A DNA stretch of 49,487 nt, counting the filler, from Stramenopiles sp. TOSAG23-3 (lineage: Eukaryota), in assembly GCA_900128585.1 (NCBI GenBank). It is 4 parts of 4 records of this genome, joined end to end, with 100 filler letters (N's around TTAATTAATTAA, not from the genome) between each part and the next. Parts side by side here need not be neighbours in the genome. Positions count along the whole stretch, not along the records: positions 22,701 to 45,296 come from LT642331.1; 3 more parts are not named here. The stretch is one strand, 5' to 3'. Each line of letters begins with the position of its first letter. Position 1 is the first letter of the stretch. Both the position numbers and the translations under genes were made by a program. This document shows positions 33,793 to 43,805 of the stretch, in pieces. Under the pieces are notes generated by a model. The model searched no databases and had not been told where the DNA came from. It was given only the letters and a program-made list of their open reading frames with translations.

Positions 33793-34194
33793 GGATGATG
33801 GAATGTACGAACCTTTCGTCCTTCCTTCCAATACAACAAACAAACAAAATCGTTTTCTTTCCCTCAAACATACGCTAATAGAGAGGAAGAGAGAAAGAAA
33901 AACAATTTACATCGTTTGGTTTTACATTTATCAGAAATCATGAAAGAAAAAAGTACAAATGTAAAATATAAAGATCTTATAAAATATATATTAGTATTAT
34001 TATTATTTTTAAAAATATAATTATAATTTATTATTATTATTATTATTATTAAAAATGAAAATACTTCTTTTCGTATTAATTATTTTTATTCTTCTTCATC
34101 TTGTCATCATGTATAAAATTATTTTTTATTCCATTTTTATTTCTTCTTTCTTTTTTGTTGTATGGTATTCTGTTGTTGTTTAATATGTGATCTC

Positions 34195-34594
34195 GCGAAG
34201 AAGACAAAAAAAGAAATCCACAAAAAAAGAAATCTAAAAAAGAAAAAAGAAAAAAAAAAGAAAGAAAGAAAGAAAGAAAGAGTCGAAAGAGTCGAAAGAA
34301 AGAAAGAAAGAAATAAGAAGACTACGAGGAGGTCTCGTGTTAAAGTCTCGTGTTAAAAGTATACGTATTACATATACTATTTCTATTTTAATTATATACA
34401 TTACATTGAATACCATACGTATTTTTAGTCTAATTAATTAAATAAAAGAGAAAGAAGTGTATCAGTTTGTTGTAGGGTTTATTATTATAGATACGCAAAA
34501 AAAGAAGTCTTTTTATTAGTCTAATTTAATGATGTATCTTCATCATTCGGATCTTTTTCTTTCTTTCTTTCTTTCTTTCTTTCTTTTTTAGATT

Positions 34595-34629
<35 letters not shown>

Positions 34630-34710
34630 CTTTCGACTCTTTCTTTCTCTTTCGACTCTTTCGACTCTTTCTTTCTTTCTTTCTACTTCTTCTTCTTCTT
34701 TTTTTTTTAG
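34195..34710. repeat. Inverted pair of purine (AAAG)n and pyrimidine (CTTT)n tracts
   Basis: ~34195-34320 contains AAGAAATCTAAAAAAGAAA and AAAGAGTCGAAAGAGTCGAAAG. ~34550-34710 contains their reverse complements. Confidence 0.8.
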
Positions 34711-35026
34711 ATGATTTTTTATTATTATTATATAAATTAGTCCTCTATTTATTATTATTATTATTATTTTTAAGATTACCCAATCGATTAATCAAAATGA
34801 AACAAAATGAATCAATCTCGAAGTAAATCAACAATAAAATAGGGTTTCGATTTTGTTTTGTTTTGTTTATCATTCTTTCGCTTTCTTTGTTTCTTTGTCT
34901 TTGTGTGAGAAAGTTTCTGTCTTCTTGTTCTCGTTCTTTTTTGTGGTGGTGGTGTGTACGGACGACGGACCTTGCACCAGCCGTCTGTTTTCTCTCTCTT
35001 CTTCTTCTTTCCGACGGTTGAGGAGG

Positions 35027-38000
35027 ATGGATTTGGAGAGGGACAATCAGAGGCTCAATGCTCTGGATAGAACTGCGGAGGAGCTGTCGAAGTCCATACA
35101 CCAGTTCCGCCAGGAGACGAAAAAGATAGTGGGCTTCTCCAACGATTTAGAGTTAAAATACACGGAGCAAATAGAGGCGTCGCAGGCCTTGTTGGTGCAC
35201 TTTGAGCTCTGCGAAAGCCGGGCAAACGACGCACGGCACCGTTCCAGCGGTGCAAACAGCGGGCTAGAGGACACCACGAAGTCTCACTTGCTCGTGAAAC
35301 AAGTCTTAAACTCGTACCAGTCCTGGATAGGCCGTTCTCACGACCGCCGCAAGCGGCACGCAAAAGCCGTCGCGGAGTGCCGCCAAAAGATCGACGCCGC
35401 GGTTGCAGGGCTGCAGGGCTGCGTTTGGGCGAACGGCGGCGCGGCGGCCACAGCCGCAAGGGTCGCCGGGGGGAGGGGGCAGGTGGATATATTGGGCAAC
35501 GGGGAGAAAGTTGAGAGCGAGGCCAAGGACGACAGCACCGACGGCAGCCACTTTGGCGGCGACCGGGCTCCCTCGGCGCTGAACGGCAAAGCCGTTCACG
35601 TCCTCGAGAAGCAGCTGACGGAGAAGACGATGGAGGCGTCGCACTGGAAATCCATGTGCGAGTCCCTTCGGGCCGACCTCGAGCGGATGCGGGGCGTCAT
35701 TGACAACGCGAACAAGGAGAAGAGCTTCTCCGAGACCGCCAAAATCAACCAGGCGAAGAAAGAGGCGAGGGAGTGGAAGAGTAAGTGCACCGATATCCAG
35801 CAAGAGGTATGGGAATTGCGCGACAAATTGAAAAAGATGACTGCCAACGTGCAGCTGCAGTCCAACTCCACCGCGAGGGTTACTATTTTACAGGCAGAGA
35901 ACGAGGCGCTGCGGAGCGATGCGGAGACCTTCAAAAGCACGGCAAAAGACCTCGTGCCACGGTCCGACCTATCGCGGGCAAAGGTGGCGCTGGACCAGGC
36001 TCAAAACGAAAAAGACAGGTTGGCGTTGGAGTTGGTCCAGGTTATGGGCGAGCGCGACTGCCTCAAACAGGAGAACGAACGGGCCCAGTGGAACAGTGAA
36101 CAAGAGGGGGAGAAGGCGATCATGCAGATTCAAGCCCAACTCCAGGCCGCGCGCAACCGGTCGGAGCAGTTCAAAAAAGAGCAAGAGCGGCACGAGCGGG
36201 CGGCAACCGACGCGGTGACGGCGAAGGCGGCCGCGGAGGAAGCACTCCGGAAAGAGCAGCACAGGTACGTCCTTTTGGAAATGGACAAAACGAACTTTAT
36301 CGAGCTGTCGAAATTGAAGCAGAAGGAGATGAAAGAAAAATTAAACGAGGCCGTCGAGCAGCTGAAAGACAGGTGCGCGCGGCGATGGAGCAGCATATTT
36401 ACTGCACGGGCCATTCGGCGGTGGAGGGAGGGCGTCATGGAGAGGAAGCATCGGAGAGAGCGGGGAAGTCTTTGCGAGAACATCGTCGCGGGGTACCAAG
36501 CGTTAAAGGTGAAGCGAATGTACATAAAATGGTCGCGGGGCGTGAAGCGGCGCGTGTACGCGCGGTGCATTATGAAGGGCATGATGATCCGCACATCGTT
36601 GCGAGCAACGTTTTTTGCATTTGTACGGTGGAACAGGAAGACAATTGCGGCGCGCCAGGCCGAGTTTTTGATGAGGTCGCGCACCGCCACCGCCCTGGCG
36701 TTCATGCGGAAGAGCGAGCACAGCGCGCTGCAGCACTCGTTTGCCCGGTGGGACACCAGGGTGCGCCGGACTGTCCTCGTCCGGCGCACGTTGCGCAAAA
36801 TTCTGCTACCAACGATTCGGCGATTGCTGGTCTCCGGTTGGAACAAATGGGTGTGGTACCGGGATGAAATTGTTTTATTGGAAGAAAGTGCCCGTCGGAA
36901 CGAGTTTTTTGCGAACTTAATGTTTGCAAAAATACGCCATCTGAGCATAAGACGACACTTGAACGCGTGGCACCGGCATTCAACGTGGTTGGTTCGCACA
37001 AGGCAAGTGGTGTTCACCCACCTCTCTCTCCGCGACAGGCAGAAAAAGTACGTTGCGATGAATTTGTGGAAGCGCCATTCCAGAACCAGGCGGAGGAAGC
37101 GAAAGCTGCTCCAAATGCTTGTTTTTCGGAAGCTGTTTGCCAGCTTAAGGAGATCGTTCAAGATTTGGACGATTAACTCAGGGCACGCCTTTCACACGAG
37201 GCGGCGGCAAAGGAGTCTGCAGCAAATGGCGGAGAAAATGTACGAGGTTAGGCAGGTCATGGCCTCCAAAAGAGTGCTGACGGAGTGGCACAAAGCGGCT
37301 CGAATATCAGTTCTTCAGAAACGAAGAATTGTAAACATTTTAAACGGTGGATTTTTTACCAGGACAACGCGGGCAGCGCTTCACCAGTGGAAGCTCACCG
37401 TTTTAACGTGGAAGATCGCCGAAGAAAGGAGCGATCACTCGTCGCGTTTGGTGGAAAATAAGTTGTCTGCGCATCGGCGCCTTTCCCTCAGAAATTGTCT
37501 GCGTCGGTGGAGACTCTACAGCAACGAGTCCTACAGGAAGTCCCAAGGCCTTCGCAACATTCTGGTGCGCAAAAAATTGGTGCTGGTTCGCAAGAATTTT
37601 CTGTGTTGGGTTCATTTTCGGAAGTCAAGAATGTATGCACGCAGCTTGCTGACGTCGATGCAAAACGTGGTGTTTCGGCATGGCATTTACAAGGGCTTCC
37701 GCAAATGGTACGTAGTGGTCGAGGAGCTTAAATTGAATGACGCAAAATGCCTTGGATTTGGCGCCCTTCGAAAGACAAAGTACGACATGGCCAGGAGACT
37801 TTTCAGCAAAGCGCGGCGGTTGAAGTTGGAGTGCGCCGTGAGGAAATGGAAGGAAGAGACGGAAGCGGAAGCAAAGCAAGAAGAGCACATGGCCGCTATT
37901 GCGGCTATGAGCAATTGGGCTGCCCGAATAGCTGGGGGCCGCGTAATAAAGGAGCGCTTTCAGGTCTGGTTTGCTTACACCAAGCTTAGATTGGCGAAAA

Positions 38001-40150
38001 AATACCACCAGTATTCGATCATGACAAGCATCATCAACAAATGGACCAATCAGCTAATGTCTTTTGCGTTCCGGACGTGGGACCGTCAGGTTAGAAACGA
38101 AATTTACCACGAGTTTGAAGCCGAGGTAGCAACCAAGCGGTTGGAGCTCGAGTCAATTATTACCTCGCAGAACAATGCACAGCTGTCCCATCGGTTCAAG
38201 GCGTTGGAGAACGTTTCGTTTATTATGATGGAAAAGACAACAAAGAGAGTCCTGCTTCGTACATTTAGCGCCTGGAAGTGCTGGAAAATTTCCAGCGTTG
38301 CGGGGAGGGAGAAAGCCCAACAAGAGGAGGAGAGCGAGCGAAAACGTAGACACTCCATAATGATTGCTTCGAACGCTTTGTTTCAAAAGCACGACAAGTA
38401 CTTCTTAGCCCAAACATTCAACGCGTGGAAGGCGTGGCTGACCAATTACGAGAAGAAAAAAGCCGTCGTTCGTTCCATTTTGATACGCACCATATTCACG
38501 CTCCCTGTGGCAAAGGCATTCGGCCGATGGGTGTTGACCATAAACAACGACAAAGCGGCAGCAAGGCACTCGCTGATGGGAGAAAAGCACAGTGATGAAA
38601 TATCGAAACTGGAGGAGCAACTACTAGAAAGCAAGAAACTGTTCGAAGACCACAAACAAGAAGTTGCAGAGTCAGTTACCATGTTAGTAGGGGGGTGGTG
38701 CCATCGGGACGACAAAGCTCTATTGTCAATATTTTTCAATAGGTGGGTCAGGCACTTTCTGAAGAAGAAAGCCAGCTTCGAAGTGGAAGAATTCTCTCCC
38801 CCACCAATTCCAGAGGACGGAAAAATTCCCAGCGGTGGTGCAAGCGCACGAGGTGGGTTGGTTTCGTACACCAAAACCCTTGAGCGCGAAAATGCCAAGC
38901 TTAAACAGAGGCTTGAAGCGTCGATTAGAGCTTCACCATCCCAAGACGGCAGCGGCAAACCTGCCAACAATGCAGGGGGCGTGAACGCTTCCGGGCCCTT
39001 TGAAGTGCCTGCCGGTGGGCTGACGCTTCGCGATCTAGCGGAGAAGCCGTCATTTCATATCGAAGAGGACGTTCTATTGCTGCAGCAGCAGAACAGCAGC
39101 CTTCAAATGGAGTTGACAGCCACGCAGAAGAAATTGTTCAAAGCCAAGGAAAAGATCCGTGAAGTTCGACAAGGGACAAAGGATAAGCAAAAAATATCTC
39201 TCCTTCAAGAGTCTTTGGCAGCCCTAGAAAAGAAGCACAATGCTCTCGTTGCTCAGCTATCCAGCACACAGTCCGATTTGCAAGAAGCTTACAGGCGTGC
39301 GGAGAAGCTCGAAAAAGATGTGCGGCATCACCGGACCATGTCCCAGAATTTTCAGAAAAAGAGCGACATTGATCGAACTCGGGTGCATCAGTTCGAGAGC
39401 CGGCTGAAACGGGAGACGGAGGCCAACGCATCGATGAAACAGCTAATTTTAAGACTGAAGAAAGAAGTCCAAAGGGTAATGAAATTGCACCGAAAGGCAG
39501 AGGCTGAGCTGGAGAGAACATGTGCCGAAGAAGAGCTACTGAAGCAGTCGGTCTTAGACGAGCAGAAGACGGCCCAAGTTCTGGCGCAAAAGCTCCAACT
39601 GTCCGCCAAAGAAGTACATCGTTTGCTGAATGAAAACGAAGATTTGCTCGACAGGGCGGAGACAAAGAAGGAACCGGGTTTTGATTCCGTCCCATCACTG
39701 CTGCAAATGGATGGGTTGGCAGGTGAAATTTCCTCTTTGCCACTTCGGCCAGAGGAGCTGGCGGCAGCAATTCCCCCACCTCCCCCACCCCCCCTGCCTG
39801 ACAGTTACGAAGAGACAGAGGTACCGCCTGGCACGCCTACCTCAGCTTTCAAGAAGTCGTTGGCCGCCCAGGTGTCCCATATTTTTTCCGACGAGGCGGA
39901 AGTGCACATTACCCGAGACTCACGCGGCTACGCTCGAAGCCCTGAAAGGGTTGCAAAGAGAAACGGGGAGGTCGATGGGGTGAAAAGTGGAGGCACCGAC
40001 GAAGCAACCGACGAGCAAGTTGCCTCCGATGTTATGCTTGCCGGGGGACTTGTCAGCATGGTTGCCACAGATGACGGGGAGGTCGTCGCGACGTTTAATG
40101 TGAATGAGGGAGATGCCCAGAATGGTAGTCCCCGGGGCGTATGGAGATAG
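35027..40150 (+). CDS. Large coiled-coil protein with ~20 Sfi1-like (centrin-binding-type) Trp repeats; likely start MDLERD at 35027
   Basis: Repeated (F/L)xxW(R/K) motifs at ~30-45 aa spacing (FAFVRW, HSFARW, RSFKIW, KGFRKW, FAFRTW, RTFSAWK, QTFNAWK, KAFGRW, IFFNRW), flanked by long coiled coils and a C-terminal poly-Pro. Confidence 0.7.
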   Translation: MDLERDNQRLNALDRTAEELSKSIHQFRQETKKIVGFSNDLELKYTEQIEASQALLVHFELCESRANDARHRSSGANSGLEDTTKSHLLVKQVLNSYQSWIGRSHDRRKRHAKAVAECRQKIDAAVAGLQGCVWANGGAAATAARVAGGRGQVDILGNGEKVESEAKDDSTDGSHFGGDRAPSALNGKAVHVLEKQLTEKTMEASHWKSMCESLRADLERMRGVIDNANKEKSFSETAKINQAKKEAREWKSKCTDIQQEVWELRDKLKKMTANVQLQSNSTARVTILQAENEALRSDAETFKSTAKDLVPRSDLSRAKVALDQAQNEKDRLALELVQVMGERDCLKQENERAQWNSEQEGEKAIMQIQAQLQAARNRSEQFKKEQERHERAATDAVTAKAAAEEALRKEQHRYVLLEMDKTNFIELSKLKQKEMKEKLNEAVEQLKDRCARRWSSIFTARAIRRWREGVMERKHRRERGSLCENIVAGYQALKVKRMYIKWSRGVKRRVYARCIMKGMMIRTSLRATFFAFVRWNRKTIAARQAEFLMRSRTATALAFMRKSEHSALQHSFARWDTRVRRTVLVRRTLRKILLPTIRRLLVSGWNKWVWYRDEIVLLEESARRNEFFANLMFAKIRHLSIRRHLNAWHRHSTWLVRTRQVVFTHLSLRDRQKKYVAMNLWKRHSRTRRRKRKLLQMLVFRKLFASLRRSFKIWTINSGHAFHTRRRQRSLQQMAEKMYEVRQVMASKRVLTEWHKAARISVLQKRRIVNILNGGFFTRTTRAALHQWKLTVLTWKIAEERSDHSSRLVENKLSAHRRLSLRNCLRRWRLYSNESYRKSQGLRNILVRKKLVLVRKNFLCWVHFRKSRMYARSLLTSMQNVVFRHGIYKGFRKWYVVVEELKLNDAKCLGFGALRKTKYDMARRLFSKARRLKLECAVRKWKEETEAEAKQEEHMAAIAAMSNWAARIAGGRVIKERFQVWFAYTKLRLAKKYHQYSIMTSIINKWTNQLMSFAFRTWDRQVRNEIYHEFEAEVATKRLELESIITSQNNAQLSHRFKALENVSFIMMEKTTKRVLLRTFSAWKCWKISSVAGREKAQQEEESERKRRHSIMIASNALFQKHDKYFLAQTFNAWKAWLTNYEKKKAVVRSILIRTIFTLPVAKAFGRWVLTINNDKAAARHSLMGEKHSDEISKLEEQLLESKKLFEDHKQEVAESVTMLVGGWCHRDDKALLSIFFNRWVRHFLKKKASFEVEEFSPPPIPEDGKIPSGGASARGGLVSYTKTLERENAKLKQRLEASIRASPSQDGSGKPANNAGGVNASGPFEVPAGGLTLRDLAEKPSFHIEEDVLLLQQQNSSLQMELTATQKKLFKAKEKIREVRQGTKDKQKISLLQESLAALEKKHNALVAQLSSTQSDLQEAYRRAEKLEKDVRHHRTMSQNFQKKSDIDRTRVHQFESRLKRETEANASMKQLILRLKKEVQRVMKLHRKAEAELERTCAEEELLKQSVLDEQKTAQVLAQKLQLSAKEVHRLLNENEDLLDRAETKKEPGFDSVPSLLQMDGLAGEISSLPLRPEELAAAIPPPPPPPLPDSYEETEVPPGTPTSAFKKSLAAQVSHIFSDEAEVHITRDSRGYARSPERVAKRNGEVDGVKSGGTDEATDEQVASDVMLAGGLVSMVATDDGEVVATFNVNEGDAQNGSPRGVWR

Positions 40151-40214
40151 CGCGCGCAGCTTTTTGGCACCACCTCTGGCAGCTAAATCCACACCCGCTA
40201 CTTTTTTTTTGAAT

Positions 40215-40450
40215 AATATTTTAATTACTATAAAATAAATAACAGCCCAATTTTCTTGTTTTTAAAATTAAAAACAAGAAAATTGGCTGTTTTTAAAATT
40301 AAAAAAAAAACAAATTATATAGTAAATATTGATTTTATACGATTATAGATTTTTTGTGATTTAAAAAAAACTATTTTCGCGGTATTATACACGAGGAAGA
40401 TAAATTTTAATTTTACTTTTAATAAACAAATTATATTAGTATGTTTTAAT
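40215..40450. repeat. Repeat-family modules including a head-to-head palindrome (40241-40291)
   Basis: AACAGCCCAATTTTCTTGTTTTTAA-AA-TTAAAAACAAGAAAATTGGCTGTT. Also TTTCGCGGTAT...GAGGAAGATAAATTTTAATT, as in the piece-1 copies. Confidence 0.8.
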
Positions 40451-40482
40451 TAATTTTAATTAAAAAAATTTTGTGATTCTAA

Positions 40483-43017
40483 TCATTGCAACTTCGCAAC
40501 CACTGTCTGCAGACCTTGCAGGGCCTGTTTCCTAAACACAAAGCGAGAGCTCAAATTCTCCAACAACTCATTTGAAATGAAATAGTCTACTTTGCCACCT
40601 TGCTTTCCACTCCCAGCGCATTCTGGACACTCATCCTTTCCACCCTCTGTTCCATGCTTTGCCCGATAACTGTCTACGCATTTTTCACAAAACGAGTGCC
40701 CACAGGGAATACACGTGACCGGCTTGTCGAACAAGTTCATGCATGAGAGACACGTGAATGCACTCTCAGTCGCTTCTTCTGTCTTCAACAATTTTGCTAC
40801 TGTGTTCTTAAGCTCTTTCTCTGTCAACTTTAGAACTTTGGCAAGCCTTGCGTTTTTTTCTGCATCCTTTGCATTCTGCTTCAATTCTTCGTACTGACTC
40901 GAAACGTCAGCATTTTGTTTCTCCAGGTCCATAATTTGTTGGACCAGTCGCAGACGCTCTTCGTTGCTCGAAGCAAACTTACTATCGGCCTGTTTCATCG
41001 CGTTCTTCAGCTCAGACAAGGCCGCCCGGGCAACGTCCCGCTGTTTTTCGTACGTTGCAACCAAGGAATCGTGTTCGTTCATGCTGTTTTTTTGAGATTC
41101 TAAACCTAGTTGCAATTTTTTAAGCTTCTCAGAGAGTTTCAAGTGCGCGTGTCGAAGCTCACTCAGTTCGTTGGCTAAATTCTTCGCCCGGTCGTGCTCT
41201 ACCATGTAACTCTCCCGACACCTGAGCGCTTCGCCCAGCGCTTTGTCTGCCCGTTCAGATTCACTTGCACTTGACGCTCGTTGACGCTCCAACTCTTTCT
41301 GGAGAAATTTGCTCTGGGCCTTTTCCTCTTCCAAAGTGCTTTCAAATTGCTTTAGTTGTTTTCCGGCACTGTCCGCTCGGGCCTGCTCGGTGGATGTTAG
41401 GGTGGACTGTGACTTGACCTGGCCCACAAGGCTGTCGACCTGGTTTTCAAGTCCTTCGACTTGAATGTGTGCCTTTTTAAGCTTATCAAACAAATTCTTG
41501 TCGCTACTTTCCGCTGATTCTGTAGCACGTTTGAGTTTTTGTTCCCAATCTTCGATAATACGCTTCTTTTCGCTCTGTAAGTCCGAGATCACCGTTTTCA
41601 TGCGCTCACATTCCGACTTGTACGATGCGTTTTCTTTCTCCATTTTGGCCCTTCCCTGCTTTGATTCTCGCTGCAGAGTTTCTAGTTGCTGTGAGAACAG
41701 ATCACGGTCGGCCAATGTGACTTCATACCTTCGTGATACTTCTTTTATCCGTTTCTCCAGCTCTGGGGTTCGCTCTTTGGAGGATATCAACTGACGTTCC
41801 AAGAGCTTTGTTTGGTTCATAGCCGCCGCGTGCTGGCACTTCCAACTCAAGAGTTCTTGCTCGCAAGCGCGGAATCCCTGCTCGAGCTGCTGTTGTTTCT
41901 GAAGGAGATCATTCTTCTCCCTGAGGGCGATGCGGTTTCTCTCCCCCTGTTCCTTTTTTATGCTTATAATTTGCCCGTTCAACAACGCAATGTCATTTTT
42001 AGCTTGCGCGAGATGGGAACTTTGGGAAGACAGGTCAGTCACGGCCCGCTTTCGCCGCTTGTGCGCGCTCTCTACCTCCCCCTTGAGCCGCTCAATCGTC
42101 GTTTCCATTTTCTGGACTTTTGCTTCGTACCCCATCTCTCTGACTTTCGCTTCCTGTAGCTCGGCTGTAAGCCTTTTAACGCCTTCCTCTAGGCCATCAT
42201 TTTTTGATCTTAGTTCGTTAATTTTAGCCTCTTGGTCGTCCGTGTGCTTTAGCTTTTCTTTCAGCAGCCGATTCTCGTCAACCATTCGTTTCGCATGAGA
42301 ACTTACGGTCTCCATCTGCTTCTTGAAGGTCACCTCGGTGCTAGACTTTGAAAGCAAATCTTGTTCGAACTGTTTCACACGTTCGCAGTAAAGCGCGTTA
42401 GTGTTCTGGGCGTCTTTCAGAGTCTTTAGGAGGGCATCGGTTTTTCGTTTGAACTCGTCTCGTTCCGTCTTCATTACGGACTTCAACGCGTCAATCTGCT
42501 CAAAAATCTTTTCCCGTTCTCCGGCGGAGACGCTCCCATCTGGACGACCGGACCTCAGGTCCATCCCGTCCCCCTCCTTGAGCACTTTTAGTTCTCGCCG
42601 CAGCGTTTCAATGGTCCGCCTGTCCCGGTGCGCATTGGACGTCAGGACGTCCAAGTTTCTCTTTAAACCGTTCAACACAATTTCTTGTTTATTCTTTTCC
42701 TTCTTCTGTTTGTTGACTGTTTCCGACAAAAAGTTGATTTTTTCAACGTACTCGTACGACTGCGGGGGGGACCTGCTCCCTCCCGACCCTGGCGAGTCTG
42801 GACCCGCTGATCCGCTGCCGCCTTTCCCTTTGGTTATGCTTTTCTTTTTCGACACAGAACCCGAAGATATCGACTCTGGCACGTCGATATATTTCGATGC
42901 AAGGGAGGGCGCCCGTATTGAATTTTTCCCCGCGCTCGCGAACGGCGACGGACGATGAACCCCCCGCGACGTCGACGGCAACCCCGTCCCCCCTCGTCTT
43001 GACTTGTGAAAAGGCAT
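40483..43017 (-). CDS. Long coiled-coil protein with C-terminal C3HC4 RING finger (putative E3 ligase)
   Basis: CLSC...PVTCIPCGHSFCEKC...CPEC after ~650 aa of coiled coil. The N-terminus is disordered and S/G-rich. Confidence 0.85.
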   Translation of the reverse strand: MPFHKSRRGGTGLPSTSRGVHRPSPFASAGKNSIRAPSLASKYIDVPESISSGSVSKKKSITKGKGGSGSAGPDSPGSGGSRSPPQSYEYVEKINFLSETVNKQKKEKNKQEIVLNGLKRNLDVLTSNAHRDRRTIETLRRELKVLKEGDGMDLRSGRPDGSVSAGEREKIFEQIDALKSVMKTERDEFKRKTDALLKTLKDAQNTNALYCERVKQFEQDLLSKSSTEVTFKKQMETVSSHAKRMVDENRLLKEKLKHTDDQEAKINELRSKNDGLEEGVKRLTAELQEAKVREMGYEAKVQKMETTIERLKGEVESAHKRRKRAVTDLSSQSSHLAQAKNDIALLNGQIISIKKEQGERNRIALREKNDLLQKQQQLEQGFRACEQELLSWKCQHAAAMNQTKLLERQLISSKERTPELEKRIKEVSRRYEVTLADRDLFSQQLETLQRESKQGRAKMEKENASYKSECERMKTVISDLQSEKKRIIEDWEQKLKRATESAESSDKNLFDKLKKAHIQVEGLENQVDSLVGQVKSQSTLTSTEQARADSAGKQLKQFESTLEEEKAQSKFLQKELERQRASSASESERADKALGEALRCRESYMVEHDRAKNLANELSELRHAHLKLSEKLKKLQLGLESQKNSMNEHDSLVATYEKQRDVARAALSELKNAMKQADSKFASSNEERLRLVQQIMDLEKQNADVSSQYEELKQNAKDAEKNARLAKVLKLTEKELKNTVAKLLKTEEATESAFTCLSCMNLFDKPVTCIPCGHSFCEKCVDSYRAKHGTEGGKDECPECAGSGKQGGKVDYFISNELLENLSSRFVFRKQALQGLQTVVAKLQ

Positions 43018-43805
43018 GATGGTGATGACGCGCGGCCTTCTTTACTTGGGCAAGATAAACCGAATAACAAATATCTAACGTTTGTGTCAATTTGTACTGA
43101 ACGACTTCAAACTCAATCCAACGCTCTCAGAAAACATAAGTTTCAATTCATTCAATCATTTCTAAGTTTTAAATCGAATTGAATAAAATGTGGTTGGCTT
43201 ACGCTCTTACGAAATCGATTAAATAATAATAAAAATAATAATAACAGGAGGAGGCTACAGGGTGACAACAAAAAAGATGAAACGTCTTGCCAACTGATAA
43301 TTAGTATTTTTTAGATTCTTGTTTTATATTACTTTAAGGATCAATTAAATTAACATAAAAACAACATAGAAGAAAAAATTAAAATGAAAAGAAAATTGCG
43401 CGAACCCACTTTTTTTATTACATGAATTACCAAGCATAAATGAATTCGAACGTTACTTCTTCTTTGTTAATTAAGGTATTTGATATATATTATATTTAAT
43501 TTGAAGATTCTATTAGTAAGTGTTACAAATAGGGTTTCTTTTTTTAATTTGGTGGTTGTGGCTCGCTTACTCAATAATATATTATTATAATAAAAAATAA
43601 TACAAAAAAAGGTTCCTTTTGCATTATTTAGAAGTATTGAAGAAGATTTCTGTCACTCTATCAATCAGTGTACAATGAGTAGAAAATAACACAGTTGAAC
43701 CATTATGTCCCTCTCTGTAAGCATTTGAAAACGTAGTAAAGCTCTTTTTCGACGAATTATAGTAGCGATAAAAGAGGTAGCGGTATACCAGCAAACGAAT
43801 ATACA

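Noticed and set aside
29632..43017. Formin, Sfi1-like and coiled-coil genes as a functional cytoskeletal cluster
   Set aside because: Coiled-coil genes are abundant in flagellate genomes. Adjacency alone is not evidence without conserved synteny or co-expression.
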